Virus record (IMG/VR): IMGVR_UViG_3300013772_000002
Coordinates: 32,001-96,000 of that record
DNA length: 64,000 nucleotides
Strand: one strand, 5' to 3'
Source: a virus
The notes under the pieces were generated by a model, which made no database searches, was not told the origin of the DNA, and saw nothing but the letters and a program-made list of their open reading frames with translations. Within the stretch, counting starts at the first letter, position 1. Every line of letters begins with the position of its first letter. A program made the position numbers and the translations under genes. Shown here one piece after another: positions 44,852 to 53,600 of this stretch.

Positions 44852-47800
44852 ATGGCGATGTCGCCGCTCGAACACTACTTGCACGAACGCGACCTCAAGC
44901 GCGGCGAACGGTCGCTTCTCCGCATGGAGTCATACGATCGCGGCACTTCGCTTATCAAGGCAGCGGAACCACAGCCCGACGATGAGGATCGCGCGCGCCA
45001 GACGAACATGCGTGCGGACTTCGCGGCGAAAATGTATCACCGCCTGCGCAATAGTCGTGTTCCCGAGGAGGAGATCGTCACTCAGATCGCCGCCAAGATC
45101 GGCGTCCGTCCCGAGCGCGTCGATGCCTATGTCAAGCATGGCCGCCAGCGCGACGTTCAGCGTGCCGAGTCACAGAGCGCCGACCTACGCACTTCGACAA
45201 CTAAGATCGCCGGTGGTCAGCGTGCCGATGCGCGGAGCGCGGCGAATGCCCAACTCGCCCCGATGTCTGTTATGGAAGCCAAGCAGATGAAGATGCTGAT
45301 GGCGAAGGACGACAGGGGAGAGGCAACTGACGAGGAGATTGAAGACCTCAATGGCCTGATGCATATCAAGGCAGGTCGCAACTCGAAGGACGCACAGGCA
45401 TATCGCGCCAAAAATGGCGAACCCGACGCCGCCGTCACACAACCGGAAAAGCCGAAACCACAAGCTGTCGTGCCCGCCGATCCCAATGCTCCCGAAGACG
45501 CCGCTTCCTCTGAGGCATCCGCGTCCGCCCCCGCCAGCAGCCAGGCTGCCGCGCCACCGCCCGCCGAGTCTGCACCGCCAACCGAAGAGGAGATGGCGCC
45601 GTCGGCAGGCAGCGCCGATCCGAATGGCCCCCAGGAGGAGGAAGCGCCTCAGGGCGGGGGAGACTCGCAACTCAACCTCGACGCGATGATGGCCGATGAG
45701 GGCGAGGAGGAGAAGCCGAAACCGAAACGCAAGAAGAAGGTCAAGAACCCGAACGAAGTGCCCGAAGGCGCGGTCGAGGTTCCCGAGGAGCCCCAAGCCG
45801 CTCCCCAGCCCGAAGAAGCGCCCGCGCCCGAGGAGGCAGGTCCTTCGGAATCAGAAACGCCACCGGACGATCAAGCAAATCCCATGATGGCCGACGAGCC
45901 CGAACAGGTCGCGCCGCCACAGCAGCAAGAGGCAGCCGCGCCGAAACCAAAGCGCGTCCGTCGTCAACGAGCCGCCGCGCCTCAAGAAGGGATGGAAGAA
46001 GGACCGAAAGCCGCGCATGGTGGTCCGGTAACCGAAACCGGGGAAGTGATGGGGGGCGGCGGTACCCAGCGTAAGCAGGGCCTTGGTGTCGATACCGTCC
46101 GTGGACCGAACGGTGGCTTCTATCAGGTGACGCAGAACGGCAACTATCGCCGCATCAGCCAGCGCGAGTACTCCGAACGACAGGGCAAGGGAAACCAGCC
46201 CCGCCACGCAAGCAAACTCGGTCCCGAGGACGATCGCAACGGTCCTATGGACGCCTATCATCGCTGGAACGAGATGGAGGGAATGGGGCACAAGCCCTTC
46301 CATAGCTCCAACGTCACCGCGACGACGCATCACAAGACGGGCGAATCGATCGACGAACTTTCCGGTCCCGAGGCGATGCATGGAACCGATGCCGCGCGCG
46401 AAGAGTACCAGGAACACATGTCCCAACAGGCAGAGGAGCGCAAGGCCAGTCGCGAAGCCGACCATTCCCTGACAAACCACGCACACAAATATGAGCGTCC
46501 CGAGACGCCGGGCGGTCATTTCCAAGGGAAGAAAAACCTCACCACCGATGACGTGCGCGCCCATATCCGCGCCCTCTCCGAATTCACGGGGCTCGGCGGC
46601 AAGGCGGGTCACCGGATGAGCTGGGTCGTCGAGCCCGAATATCACACCATCTACCGTGACGGTAAGAAGTACCGCGTTCGTAAGAATGAGGGCGGTGGCC
46701 GGGCGATCGACTTCGATGTCAAGGAGAACGAGGACGGCTCGATGACGGTGCAGGGCAAACTGCTCAGTTACGCGCCGACACACAAGAAACTCTCCGCCAA
46801 GCAGATCGCCTACTTGATTGCTACCGGACAGATTCATCCTGCTAATAACAAGCATAACCCCGAGTCCGTCAAGGACTTCGGTCAGGAAGTGACTCTCTCC
46901 GCCGAAGACCTCAAGAACGGCAATATGTTGCAACTCAACAACCTGATGTCACACTGCGCTGAGACATCACACAACATGCGTGGCGCGCGCGTCAATCGCC
47001 GAATGCACGATCTTTACGAAGCGCACGGCGCCGGTCACCACAACTGGAGGTATGACCAGATGTTCAATACCGCGGGTCGTGGTGGCACCGGGGCGCATGC
47101 CCAAGGACGCGCGGGCGGCGGATCGTACGAAGCGCACGGCGGTAAAGAGCAGCCTCTCGCCGCGTCGATGACCAGTCTACGCGAAAGCCAGATGGCCACC
47201 TATCTCGGTCCTGACTGGCGCGCGAAGCTGGCAACGGCGGTCGCGCTACGTAAGGCGGGCGTTCCCATTGAGGCGACCGAGGTAGATGGCGAGCGTTATC
47301 TGCATACGCCTGTCCTCGTTTCGCTTACGAAAGCGGATACGATGATGTCGCAACAGGCAATGATGCGCGCCGCGTATGCGATGATCGCCGCCTCGGGTGG
47401 TTCACAGCCACCTCGAATCGCCGGAGACCCACTTGGCACGGTCGAGCGCCTGCCGCCCCCACCTGCCACCCATACGCCGACACGCCAGCCGCGCGAGGCA
47501 GCCGCGCCCAGCATGCGTCCGCCACGGACACCTAGCAAGTTCTTTGAGACCGTCAATGGTGGTCCGGCGAGCTGGCGACCCGCGATCGGAACGTACGACG
47601 GGCGTGGCAATCGCCAAGGTCTTGCTTCGGCAGTACTCGCTGCTCTCAAGGGAGGCAATCCCGATGGTGACTGGGAGTCAACTGTCTCTTCGCATACTTG
47701 GCGATACGGTCCCATTCGCATGGATAAGGTTCATGCCGTAGGGGTGAAGGAGCGAAGCTTCAGTCCTGAGAAGGCTGACATGTACCGCCAAAACTATCTC

Positions 47801-47995
47801 GATGGCATTGCGCTACCGCCGATTGTCTGCATCGCGCATGGCGCGTCCAATCATATTCTGGATGGTCGTCATCGGTATGTTGGGGCCTTCGATGCGGGCA
47901 TGCGCTCACTTTTCGGTTTCATTGGCACCCCCAAGCGCAATGCCGCGGGTTACCAAACTTCGGACGGTCCGACGGCGACTCGTCAGAATGGCTGA
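44852..47995 (+). CDS. 1047-aa putative head-internal protein with C-terminal ParB/Srx-like domain
   Basis: LIKA, LTKA motifs; PPIV.....ILDGRHR...A..AG at C-terminus. Confidence 0.75.
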   Translation: MAMSPLEHYLHERDLKRGERSLLRMESYDRGTSLIKAAEPQPDDEDRARQTNMRADFAAKMYHRLRNSRVPEEEIVTQIAAKIGVRPERVDAYVKHGRQRDVQRAESQSADLRTSTTKIAGGQRADARSAANAQLAPMSVMEAKQMKMLMAKDDRGEATDEEIEDLNGLMHIKAGRNSKDAQAYRAKNGEPDAAVTQPEKPKPQAVVPADPNAPEDAASSEASASAPASSQAAAPPPAESAPPTEEEMAPSAGSADPNGPQEEEAPQGGGDSQLNLDAMMADEGEEEKPKPKRKKKVKNPNEVPEGAVEVPEEPQAAPQPEEAPAPEEAGPSESETPPDDQANPMMADEPEQVAPPQQQEAAAPKPKRVRRQRAAAPQEGMEEGPKAAHGGPVTETGEVMGGGGTQRKQGLGVDTVRGPNGGFYQVTQNGNYRRISQREYSERQGKGNQPRHASKLGPEDDRNGPMDAYHRWNEMEGMGHKPFHSSNVTATTHHKTGESIDELSGPEAMHGTDAAREEYQEHMSQQAEERKASREADHSLTNHAHKYERPETPGGHFQGKKNLTTDDVRAHIRALSEFTGLGGKAGHRMSWVVEPEYHTIYRDGKKYRVRKNEGGGRAIDFDVKENEDGSMTVQGKLLSYAPTHKKLSAKQIAYLIATGQIHPANNKHNPESVKDFGQEVTLSAEDLKNGNMLQLNNLMSHCAETSHNMRGARVNRRMHDLYEAHGAGHHNWRYDQMFNTAGRGGTGAHAQGRAGGGSYEAHGGKEQPLAASMTSLRESQMATYLGPDWRAKLATAVALRKAGVPIEATEVDGERYLHTPVLVSLTKADTMMSQQAMMRAAYAMIAASGGSQPPRIAGDPLGTVERLPPPPATHTPTRQPREAAAPSMRPPRTPSKFFETVNGGPASWRPAIGTYDGRGNRQGLASAVLAALKGGNPDGDWESTVSSHTWRYGPIRMDKVHAVGVKERSFSPEKADMYRQNYLDGIALPPIVCIAHGASNHILDGRHRYVGAFDAGMRSLFGFIGTPKRNAAGYQTSDGPTATRQNG

Positions 47996-48275
47996 ACGAC
48001 GCCGCGGTGCGCTCTGCCCCCACTGTGGGGGCGAGACGTACCTGCTTGAGGCGAAAGAGAACCCCGGCGCCTATCAGTATATCGGTAAGGGCGTACGCTA
48101 CCACCCGGAGGACGGAAGCACACGCTGGAACTGTCCGAAGTGTGGCGCCGAGCACCGACATACACATGAAGTCACCTTGACGAAAGGGGGTGGTACTAGC
48201 ACCCGCTCACGTCTCTCAACATTGCCACCACCGATTCCTGTTTTGCCGCTTTCGAAGCGGATCGCACCTAAGTAA
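47988..48275 (+). CDS. zinc-ribbon protein
   Basis: CPHCG and CPKCG. Confidence 0.6.
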   Translation: MAERRRGALCPHCGGETYLLEAKENPGAYQYIGKGVRYHPEDGSTRWNCPKCGAEHRHTHEVTLTKGGGTSTRSRLSTLPPPIPVLPLSKRIAPK

Positions 48276-48304
48276 TTGCGGGTATTACCCCGCGGAGGTT
48301 CCCC

Positions 48305-48406
48305 GTGCTCCAGACACTCGCTGCCATCGATGCCAGTAGCCCGCTCGTTATCGTCGTTCTCGTGCTCCTAGCAATCGCACTCCTGATCTTCATCATCCGC
48401 CGCTGA
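48305..48406 (+). CDS. 33-aa single-TM peptide (not in ORF track)
   Basis: GGAGG RBS, GTG; MLQTLAAIDASSPLVIVVLVLLAIALLIFIIRR. Confidence 0.6.
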   Translation: MLQTLAAIDASSPLVIVVLVLLAIALLIFIIRR

Positions 48407-48427
48407 TCGCGCTAAGGAGAGAATCCT

Positions 48428-49873
48428 ATGACTGCCACCGCCTTCGCGCGTTTTCGGATGCGCGACACCGAGTTTTCCCGCAATGTCGCCGCCCAGTCGG
48501 TCGTCGGCTGCCGCGTCGAACTCGATGACGTCCCCGGGGCGGTGACGGTCAGCTATGCGCTCGTTCAAGAAGATTCACAGACGACGATCGCGACCAAGAT
48601 TGTTGTGCCAACCGAGAAGCGTTTCGATGTTGGCATCGACCTGACCCGTGATTGCTTTGATCCCCTCTATCTTGGTCGTGCCGGACATCCTGACGTCAAT
48701 GTTTATCAGGGTCGGTACGGTCTTTATCACTGCGTCCTAACCCTGATGGATGGCATGAGCATGCCGATCGCCGTCGTCACGACGCCAAGTTTTGCGATTA
48801 TGCCAGTCACGGTCAAAGAACTCAGAGGGGGATATGCGTATGGTTTGTCCGGACTTGCCTCCGATGTGATTGCCCCGGTCAAACAGCCAGTCAATATTAC
48901 GGGCGTCACCATTGAGACAATTTCTCCGACGATGTACAAGGCAAATTACACCCTTCGATGGAATGTTGGCGACGCGACACTGACGCTCGTGCCGAAGGTC
49001 CGCGTCCCGGGATTTCCGCCCCCGTCGGTCGCGATCGACCCCAATAGTGCCGGAACCGCCATCATGCATGTGAGTCCGCTCGGTGGCGACTACGCCACGA
49101 TCGTTTATGACGGCTGGGACTTGCCGAATACCGATGCCGAGGACGTGATGGAGTTCGATAATGCTCGCATCAAGGACGAGGTCTGGCGTAAGCATATCTT
49201 CGACGCGATCCGCTATGTTGAAAGCAAACTCTTTTGTTACGTCGAGCCTGTCCGCATCGCAACTGATGCCGATCTTGACCCAAGAGCAGTCGACAACGAT
49301 CGGATGCCAGTTGGTTACGAGAGGCCACCATCGCAAAACAACTGGCTCACCGTTCCCCTCCCCGTCCGCCCCTTGCTCGTCGTCAATCAGTTAATTGGCA
49401 AAATGAACGATGGCAAGGTACTCGATATTCCGCCGGAGTGGCGCAAAGTAGGCCGCCAGAACGGGCGCGTCTCACTCGTACCAAGCGCGGGTTCTCCGAT
49501 TAACTGGTTGCTCTATGGTCCACAATTCATCGGCTTCCTTTGGTACGGCTTTCCCAATATCCCCGACTTCTGGCATTATGCCGCGATCGCCGGTATCCCT
49601 GATTTCGACGGCGAAATCTATTCTGACGTGCGCGAGTTGATCGCCAAACGAGCGATGGTCAACATCTTGCAGGTAATGGGACGAGCGTTGGCAGGTGGAC
49701 GAAGTTCGGAAAGTTATTCAAAAGACGGTATAAATACTTCATCTAGTTACACAAGTGGATCGGGTTCTCCAATGTATGGCGCCGAGATCGCCGAGTACAG
49801 TAAGCAGGTCGAGGACGGTCTGAAACGAGCGCGCCAGCGGGTCCTTGGTATTATCAGTACTACCTTTTCCTGA
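48428..49873 (+). CDS. head-tail adaptor/neck protein
   Basis: C-terminal S.S.DG..SS...S...MYGA.I pattern recalled from Herelleviridae-like adaptors; AAGGAG RBS. Confidence 0.65.
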   Translation: MTATAFARFRMRDTEFSRNVAAQSVVGCRVELDDVPGAVTVSYALVQEDSQTTIATKIVVPTEKRFDVGIDLTRDCFDPLYLGRAGHPDVNVYQGRYGLYHCVLTLMDGMSMPIAVVTTPSFAIMPVTVKELRGGYAYGLSGLASDVIAPVKQPVNITGVTIETISPTMYKANYTLRWNVGDATLTLVPKVRVPGFPPPSVAIDPNSAGTAIMHVSPLGGDYATIVYDGWDLPNTDAEDVMEFDNARIKDEVWRKHIFDAIRYVESKLFCYVEPVRIATDADLDPRAVDNDRMPVGYERPPSQNNWLTVPLPVRPLLVVNQLIGKMNDGKVLDIPPEWRKVGRQNGRVSLVPSAGSPINWLLYGPQFIGFLWYGFPNIPDFWHYAAIAGIPDFDGEIYSDVRELIAKRAMVNILQVMGRALAGGRSSESYSKDGINTSSSYTSGSGSPMYGAEIAEYSKQVEDGLKRARQRVLGIISTTFS

Positions 49874-49876
49874 TCC

Positions 49877-49905
49877 TTGACGAGACAAGAGAAACATGAG
49901 ATAGT
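49877..49905 (+). promoter_or_regulatory. promoter for MTase
   Basis: TTGACG-17-GATAGT with CATGA. Confidence 0.6.
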
Positions 49906-49949
49906 GACGGTGGCGATTGAGCCACCGTCACTTATGTTTGGGAGCGATC

Positions 49950-50780
49950 ATGCCCTTAGAACCTGCGGCTCGCGCGACGATTATTACCGGCGACGCGGTA
50001 CGCACGTTGGCATCGATCGACGATGCAACATGTGCCTTGACGCTCTTTAGTCCGCCTTACGATAAGGTCCGTGACTATGAAGACCATCCCACTTACGACA
50101 GTAGGACGCTCGGTGATGAATTGCTACGTGTGACGATGGACGGCGGTATTTGCGCCGTCGTGATTGGCGACGGTACGGAAAAATTCGCCAAGTCGCTGAC
50201 TTCATTTCGTCTCGCCGTCGATTGGTGCGATCGGGTGGGGTGGCGTCTCTTCGAGTGTTGTATCTACCAGCGCGACGGTCGACCCGGCGCTTGGTGGAGC
50301 AAACGTTTTCGTGTCGACCATGAGTATCTCCTCTTTTTCCTCAAGGGCGCTCGTCCACGTTACTTCGACAAGACGCACCTCACGATTCCAACGAAACACG
50401 CCGGGGCCGTCTGGCACGGAACGCAGCGCCATACGGACGGCACGCTGACAAAGATTGGCCCGAAGGCGGTCTCCGCGACGAAGTGTCGTGGCACAATCTG
50501 GCCTTACGCGACGAGCAATAGCGAAGGGAACAAGGAGAAAATGCGTCATCCGGCCACCTTCCCCGACAAACTGGCCGACGACGTGATTCGCTGTTTCTCG
50601 CGCCCCGGAGACCTCGTGCTTGACCCGATGTGCGGGAGTGGCACGACATTAGCGATGGCGCTACGGGCAGGACGCTCGGCGATCGGGATCGAAATCGCCG
50701 AGGACTATGCGACACTTGCACGCGAGCGTATTGCACGGGAACAGGGTGGGTCTGTACTTGACAATACACTCGTAGCATGA
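49950..50780 (+). CDS. beta-class DNA methyltransferase (N4-C/N6-A)
   Basis: FSPPY, HPATFP, VLDPMCGSGTT, GIE motifs. Confidence 0.92.
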   Translation: MPLEPAARATIITGDAVRTLASIDDATCALTLFSPPYDKVRDYEDHPTYDSRTLGDELLRVTMDGGICAVVIGDGTEKFAKSLTSFRLAVDWCDRVGWRLFECCIYQRDGRPGAWWSKRFRVDHEYLLFFLKGARPRYFDKTHLTIPTKHAGAVWHGTQRHTDGTLTKIGPKAVSATKCRGTIWPYATSNSEGNKEKMRHPATFPDKLADDVIRCFSRPGDLVLDPMCGSGTTLAMALRAGRSAIGIEIAEDYATLARERIAREQGGSVLDNTLVA

Positions 50781-50786
50781 GATAGT
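50758..50786 (+). promoter_or_regulatory. promoter for recA
   Basis: TTGACA-17-GATAGT with CATGA. Confidence 0.65.
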
Positions 50787-50834
50787 GGGGGCGATCCATC
50801 AGGATCGTCTTTCTCATTTCAAAGGAGTTCACGC

Positions 50835-51917
50835 TTGGCTAAAACCCCAGCACCCACGGCAGCATCGCGCGACGAACAAAAACAAGCCGCACTCGCCATG
50901 GCGATCGGTCAGATCGAAAAAGCGTATGGCAAGGGTTCGGTGATGTATCGCGACAATATCGCGCGCCTTCCGGTCTCGGTGATTTCCACGGGAGCGATCG
51001 CTCTCGACCTTGCGCTTGGCGTCGGCGGTCTGCCGCGCGGACGAATCACGGAGATTTACGGCGCTGAGGGTTCAGGAAAAAGCTCGTTGTGTTTTCATGT
51101 GATCGCCGAGGCGCAGAAAGCGGGCGGTCTCGCTGCTTTTATTGATATGGAGCACGCGGTCGATCCTGTTTTCGCGGCCAAATGTGGTATGGACATGCAC
51201 AACCTCGTTTTCTTGCAGCCCGACACGGGAGAGCAAGCGCTAGAGGATGCGGAAACGCTGATTCGCTCGGGAGCGATCGATGTGGTGGTGATCGACTCTG
51301 TGGCGGCGCTTGTACCGAAAGCAGAGATCGATGGCGACATGGGCGACTCCCACATGGGTCTCCAGGCACGCCTGATGTCCCAAGGGCTGCGGAAGATCGC
51401 GGCGGCGATTAATCACACAAACACCTGCGTCATCTTCACGAACCAACTCCGGATGAAGATTGGGGTCGTTTGGGGCAATCCCGAGGTTCAGCCAGGCGGT
51501 CGGGCACTGAAGTTCTGGGCAGGCGTCCGCCTCGAAGTCAAGCGAGGCGACTCGATCAAGCGCGGCGATCTTGTCATTGGTCACCGCATGCGGGTAAATG
51601 TCGTCAAGAACAAGGTCGCGCCCCCATTCCGTCATGCAGAATTCGATATTATGTATTACGCCAACGGTATTTCTAAGTCGGGTGGCGTCCTGGATGTTGG
51701 TGAAGGGTTGGCCATCATCGCGAAGACCGGATCGCACTACGCGTTCGGTGAAGAAAAACTTGGTCACGGGCACGAGGCGGCCAAGGCGTATCTAGATGCC
51801 AATCCGGAGACCATGGCGAAGATCGCTACTGCCATCTATGCGAAGGTAGAACAACACGGTTCCCCCGCACCGGGGATGACTGATACCTTGTTCTCAGAAG
51901 AGGAGGAGTTGGGATGA
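50835..51917 (+). CDS. recA: RecA recombinase
   Basis: [55 protein letters not shown]. Confidence 0.97.
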   Translation: MAKTPAPTAASRDEQKQAALAMAIGQIEKAYGKGSVMYRDNIARLPVSVISTGAIALDLALGVGGLPRGRITEIYGAEGSGKSSLCFHVIAEAQKAGGLAAFIDMEHAVDPVFAAKCGMDMHNLVFLQPDTGEQALEDAETLIRSGAIDVVVIDSVAALVPKAEIDGDMGDSHMGLQARLMSQGLRKIAAAINHTNTCVIFTNQLRMKIGVVWGNPEVQPGGRALKFWAGVRLEVKRGDSIKRGDLVIGHRMRVNVVKNKVAPPFRHAEFDIMYYANGISKSGGVLDVGEGLAIIAKTGSHYAFGEEKLGHGHEAAKAYLDANPETMAKIATAIYAKVEQHGSPAPGMTDTLFSEEEELG

Positions 51918-52336
51918 CATTCACACGACGGGGATTCTTTCGGACTGCAGGCGGCGCGGTAGCGACCCTCGCTGCGGCGGCGACCAGCGGAGCGCTTCTG
52001 GCGAAGGCAATCGCGCCACCGCAGGACAATCCCGTGACATTTGATAAGCGCGGCCATCTCTCGATTACTACACCACCCGATCTTGATCTGGATCGGTTTC
52101 CCCTTGTGGTGACGGGCAATCTTGTGACGAATGACATCGACATGAAGAGCGAAAACCTTGTGCAGTGGAACGTTGTGCCCCCCGGTGGCTCTCTCGTAAT
52201 TCATGGCAATTACAGCTCCGAAGGTCTGGAAGCATTCAAGCGTTCTGTCCTCGCGATGAACACCGACATGCACCGCCTCCCGATCGTCGCGAGCGATTCA
52301 GAGATGGACGAGAAGTTTACGTTCATCTCGAAATAG
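51914..52336 (+). CDS. protein with twin-arginine (Tat) signal peptide
   Basis: MTFTRRGFF plus Ala-rich h-region and AKA cleavage-like site. Confidence 0.7.
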   Translation: MTFTRRGFFRTAGGAVATLAAAATSGALLAKAIAPPQDNPVTFDKRGHLSITTPPDLDLDRFPLVVTGNLVTNDIDMKSENLVQWNVVPPGGSLVIHGNYSSEGLEAFKRSVLAMNTDMHRLPIVASDSEMDEKFTFISK

Positions 52337-52358
52337 ATTTGTGACCGATGGCAATGAT

Positions 52359-52390
52359 GGGGCGGCGAATTGCGTCGCCCCTTTCTTTCT
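52359..52390 (+). terminator. intrinsic terminator
   Basis: GGGGCGGCG-loop-CGTCGCCCC then TTTCTTT. Confidence 0.7.
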
Positions 52391-52429
52391 GTTACAATTG
52401 ACGTATCGCTATAAAAACAGGAGACCCCT

Positions 52430-52531
52430 ATGGTCGTCATTACCGTCGTCTTTTTGCTCTTGCTTGTGGCATTCCTAAGCACCGGCGTTTATTACACCAC
52501 GCGAGCACCGGAGCGCCATGACCTTCAATAA
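52430..52531 (+). CDS. 33-aa single-TM peptide (not in ORF track)
   Basis: AGGAG RBS; MVVITVVFLLLLVAFLSTGVYYTTRAPERHDLQ; promoter TTGCGT-17-TACAAT at 52370-52398. Confidence 0.55.
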   Translation: MVVITVVFLLLLVAFLSTGVYYTTRAPERHDLQ

Positions 52532-53312
52532 CACTCGCATGCGCACCCAGGGACTGGGCGATCTTACCCGTTCCCAGGGCGAGCAGGTTGTCTTTACCCC
52601 GGCGGTGGCCTGTCCATGCAGCCTCAACCGCAATCGCCCCAACCCCGACTGCAAAATCTGTGGTGGTTTCGGCGCCTTCTGGGACGACGATTCCGAGCGC
52701 AAACAGATGCTCTGGGCGTCGGTCGCCAGCGTCCATCTGACACGCAGCCTCCAGGTCTTTGGCGAAGTCGAGTCAGGCGATCTTGTGCTCGGGCAAGAGT
52801 TGATGCCTTACCCGATGCTGACGGTCTACGACCGTATCGAATTCACCAATGTTCTTGGTGAGCCCTTCGAGCCCGAAACGGTGGAGCGCGCGGGCGACCG
52901 CTGTGTTCTTTCCTACGCCCCAATGGTCGTCGAGGAAGTGCTGATCGGCAACCCGGACGTCGGTCCCGCGTCAGTCGTTCGCTATAATTGTTACTGGCTC
53001 GAGGAAGGATCGTTACCTGCTTCTCTTCCCCCGGACGCTGACTGCTACTTCCGTTGGGGGGTTCGTCGCATTACCTGGATGCCGGGACGCGGACCCAAAG
53101 AGGGGGAATATGTCTCGATTCGCTATCGCGCGCGAATGGAATGGATTGTTTACAAGACCCCCGATCCGCGCTTCGTACGTGGCACCAACCTCTCTGAGGC
53201 AGTCGCCCTCCAACTCAAACATCGCTTGCTGGCGCGGATGCGTGACCTGGATGCGGGACGCGAGGAACCGAAGCCACCAGACAGGAAGCGCATCCAGCGC
53301 AATGCTTGGTAG
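52518..53312 (+). CDS. head completion/neck protein
   Basis: ACPC...P.CKICGG.G Cys motif recalled from Herelleviridae-like neck proteins. Confidence 0.6.
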   Translation: MTFNNTRMRTQGLGDLTRSQGEQVVFTPAVACPCSLNRNRPNPDCKICGGFGAFWDDDSERKQMLWASVASVHLTRSLQVFGEVESGDLVLGQELMPYPMLTVYDRIEFTNVLGEPFEPETVERAGDRCVLSYAPMVVEEVLIGNPDVGPASVVRYNCYWLEEGSLPASLPPDADCYFRWGVRRITWMPGRGPKEGEYVSIRYRARMEWIVYKTPDPRFVRGTNLSEAVALQLKHRLLARMRDLDAGREEPKPPDRKRIQRNAW

Positions 53313-53319
53313 TAGACCC

Positions 53320-53416
53320 TTGACAAGACATTCAAAGAATGATATTCTGAAATTGTACCCCAGAAACACCCACCCGCACGATCACTATTGACGTGACACA
53401 CATAACGTGTTATTCT
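53320..53416 (+). promoter_or_regulatory. tandem promoters of the head operon
   Basis: TTGACA-17-TATTCT (53320-53348) and TTGACG-17-TATTCT (53388-53416), both with TG extension. Confidence 0.75.
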
Positions 53417-53423
53417 GAGGATA

Positions 53424-53580
53424 CACCCCGATCGACCGAGGTAGAAAACCGGGCACTATTACACCCACCGCGTAGCGGTCGGTGATTGATGCGGGAACTG
53501 CTCGACCCGCCGGAACGATCCCCCTTCGTACAACCTACGTGCCCATTACGGGGCCAGAAGCACCTCCGGGGTGTTTTTTG
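53424..53580 (+). ncRNA. candidate structured leader RNA ending in a terminator-like hairpin
   Basis: Nested stems CCCCG/CGGGG, GGGCAC/GTGCCC, ACCGC/GCGGT, GCGGG/CCCGC; hairpin plus T-tract at 53558-53579. Confidence 0.4.
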
Positions 53581-53600
53581 GCTTGCGTTCCCGGAGACCC

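Noticed and set aside
5862-51917. Inteins or introns in dnaE, nrdJ, terL, recA
   Set aside because: Lengths are normal, motifs are contiguous and there are no Hint or LAGLIDADG signatures
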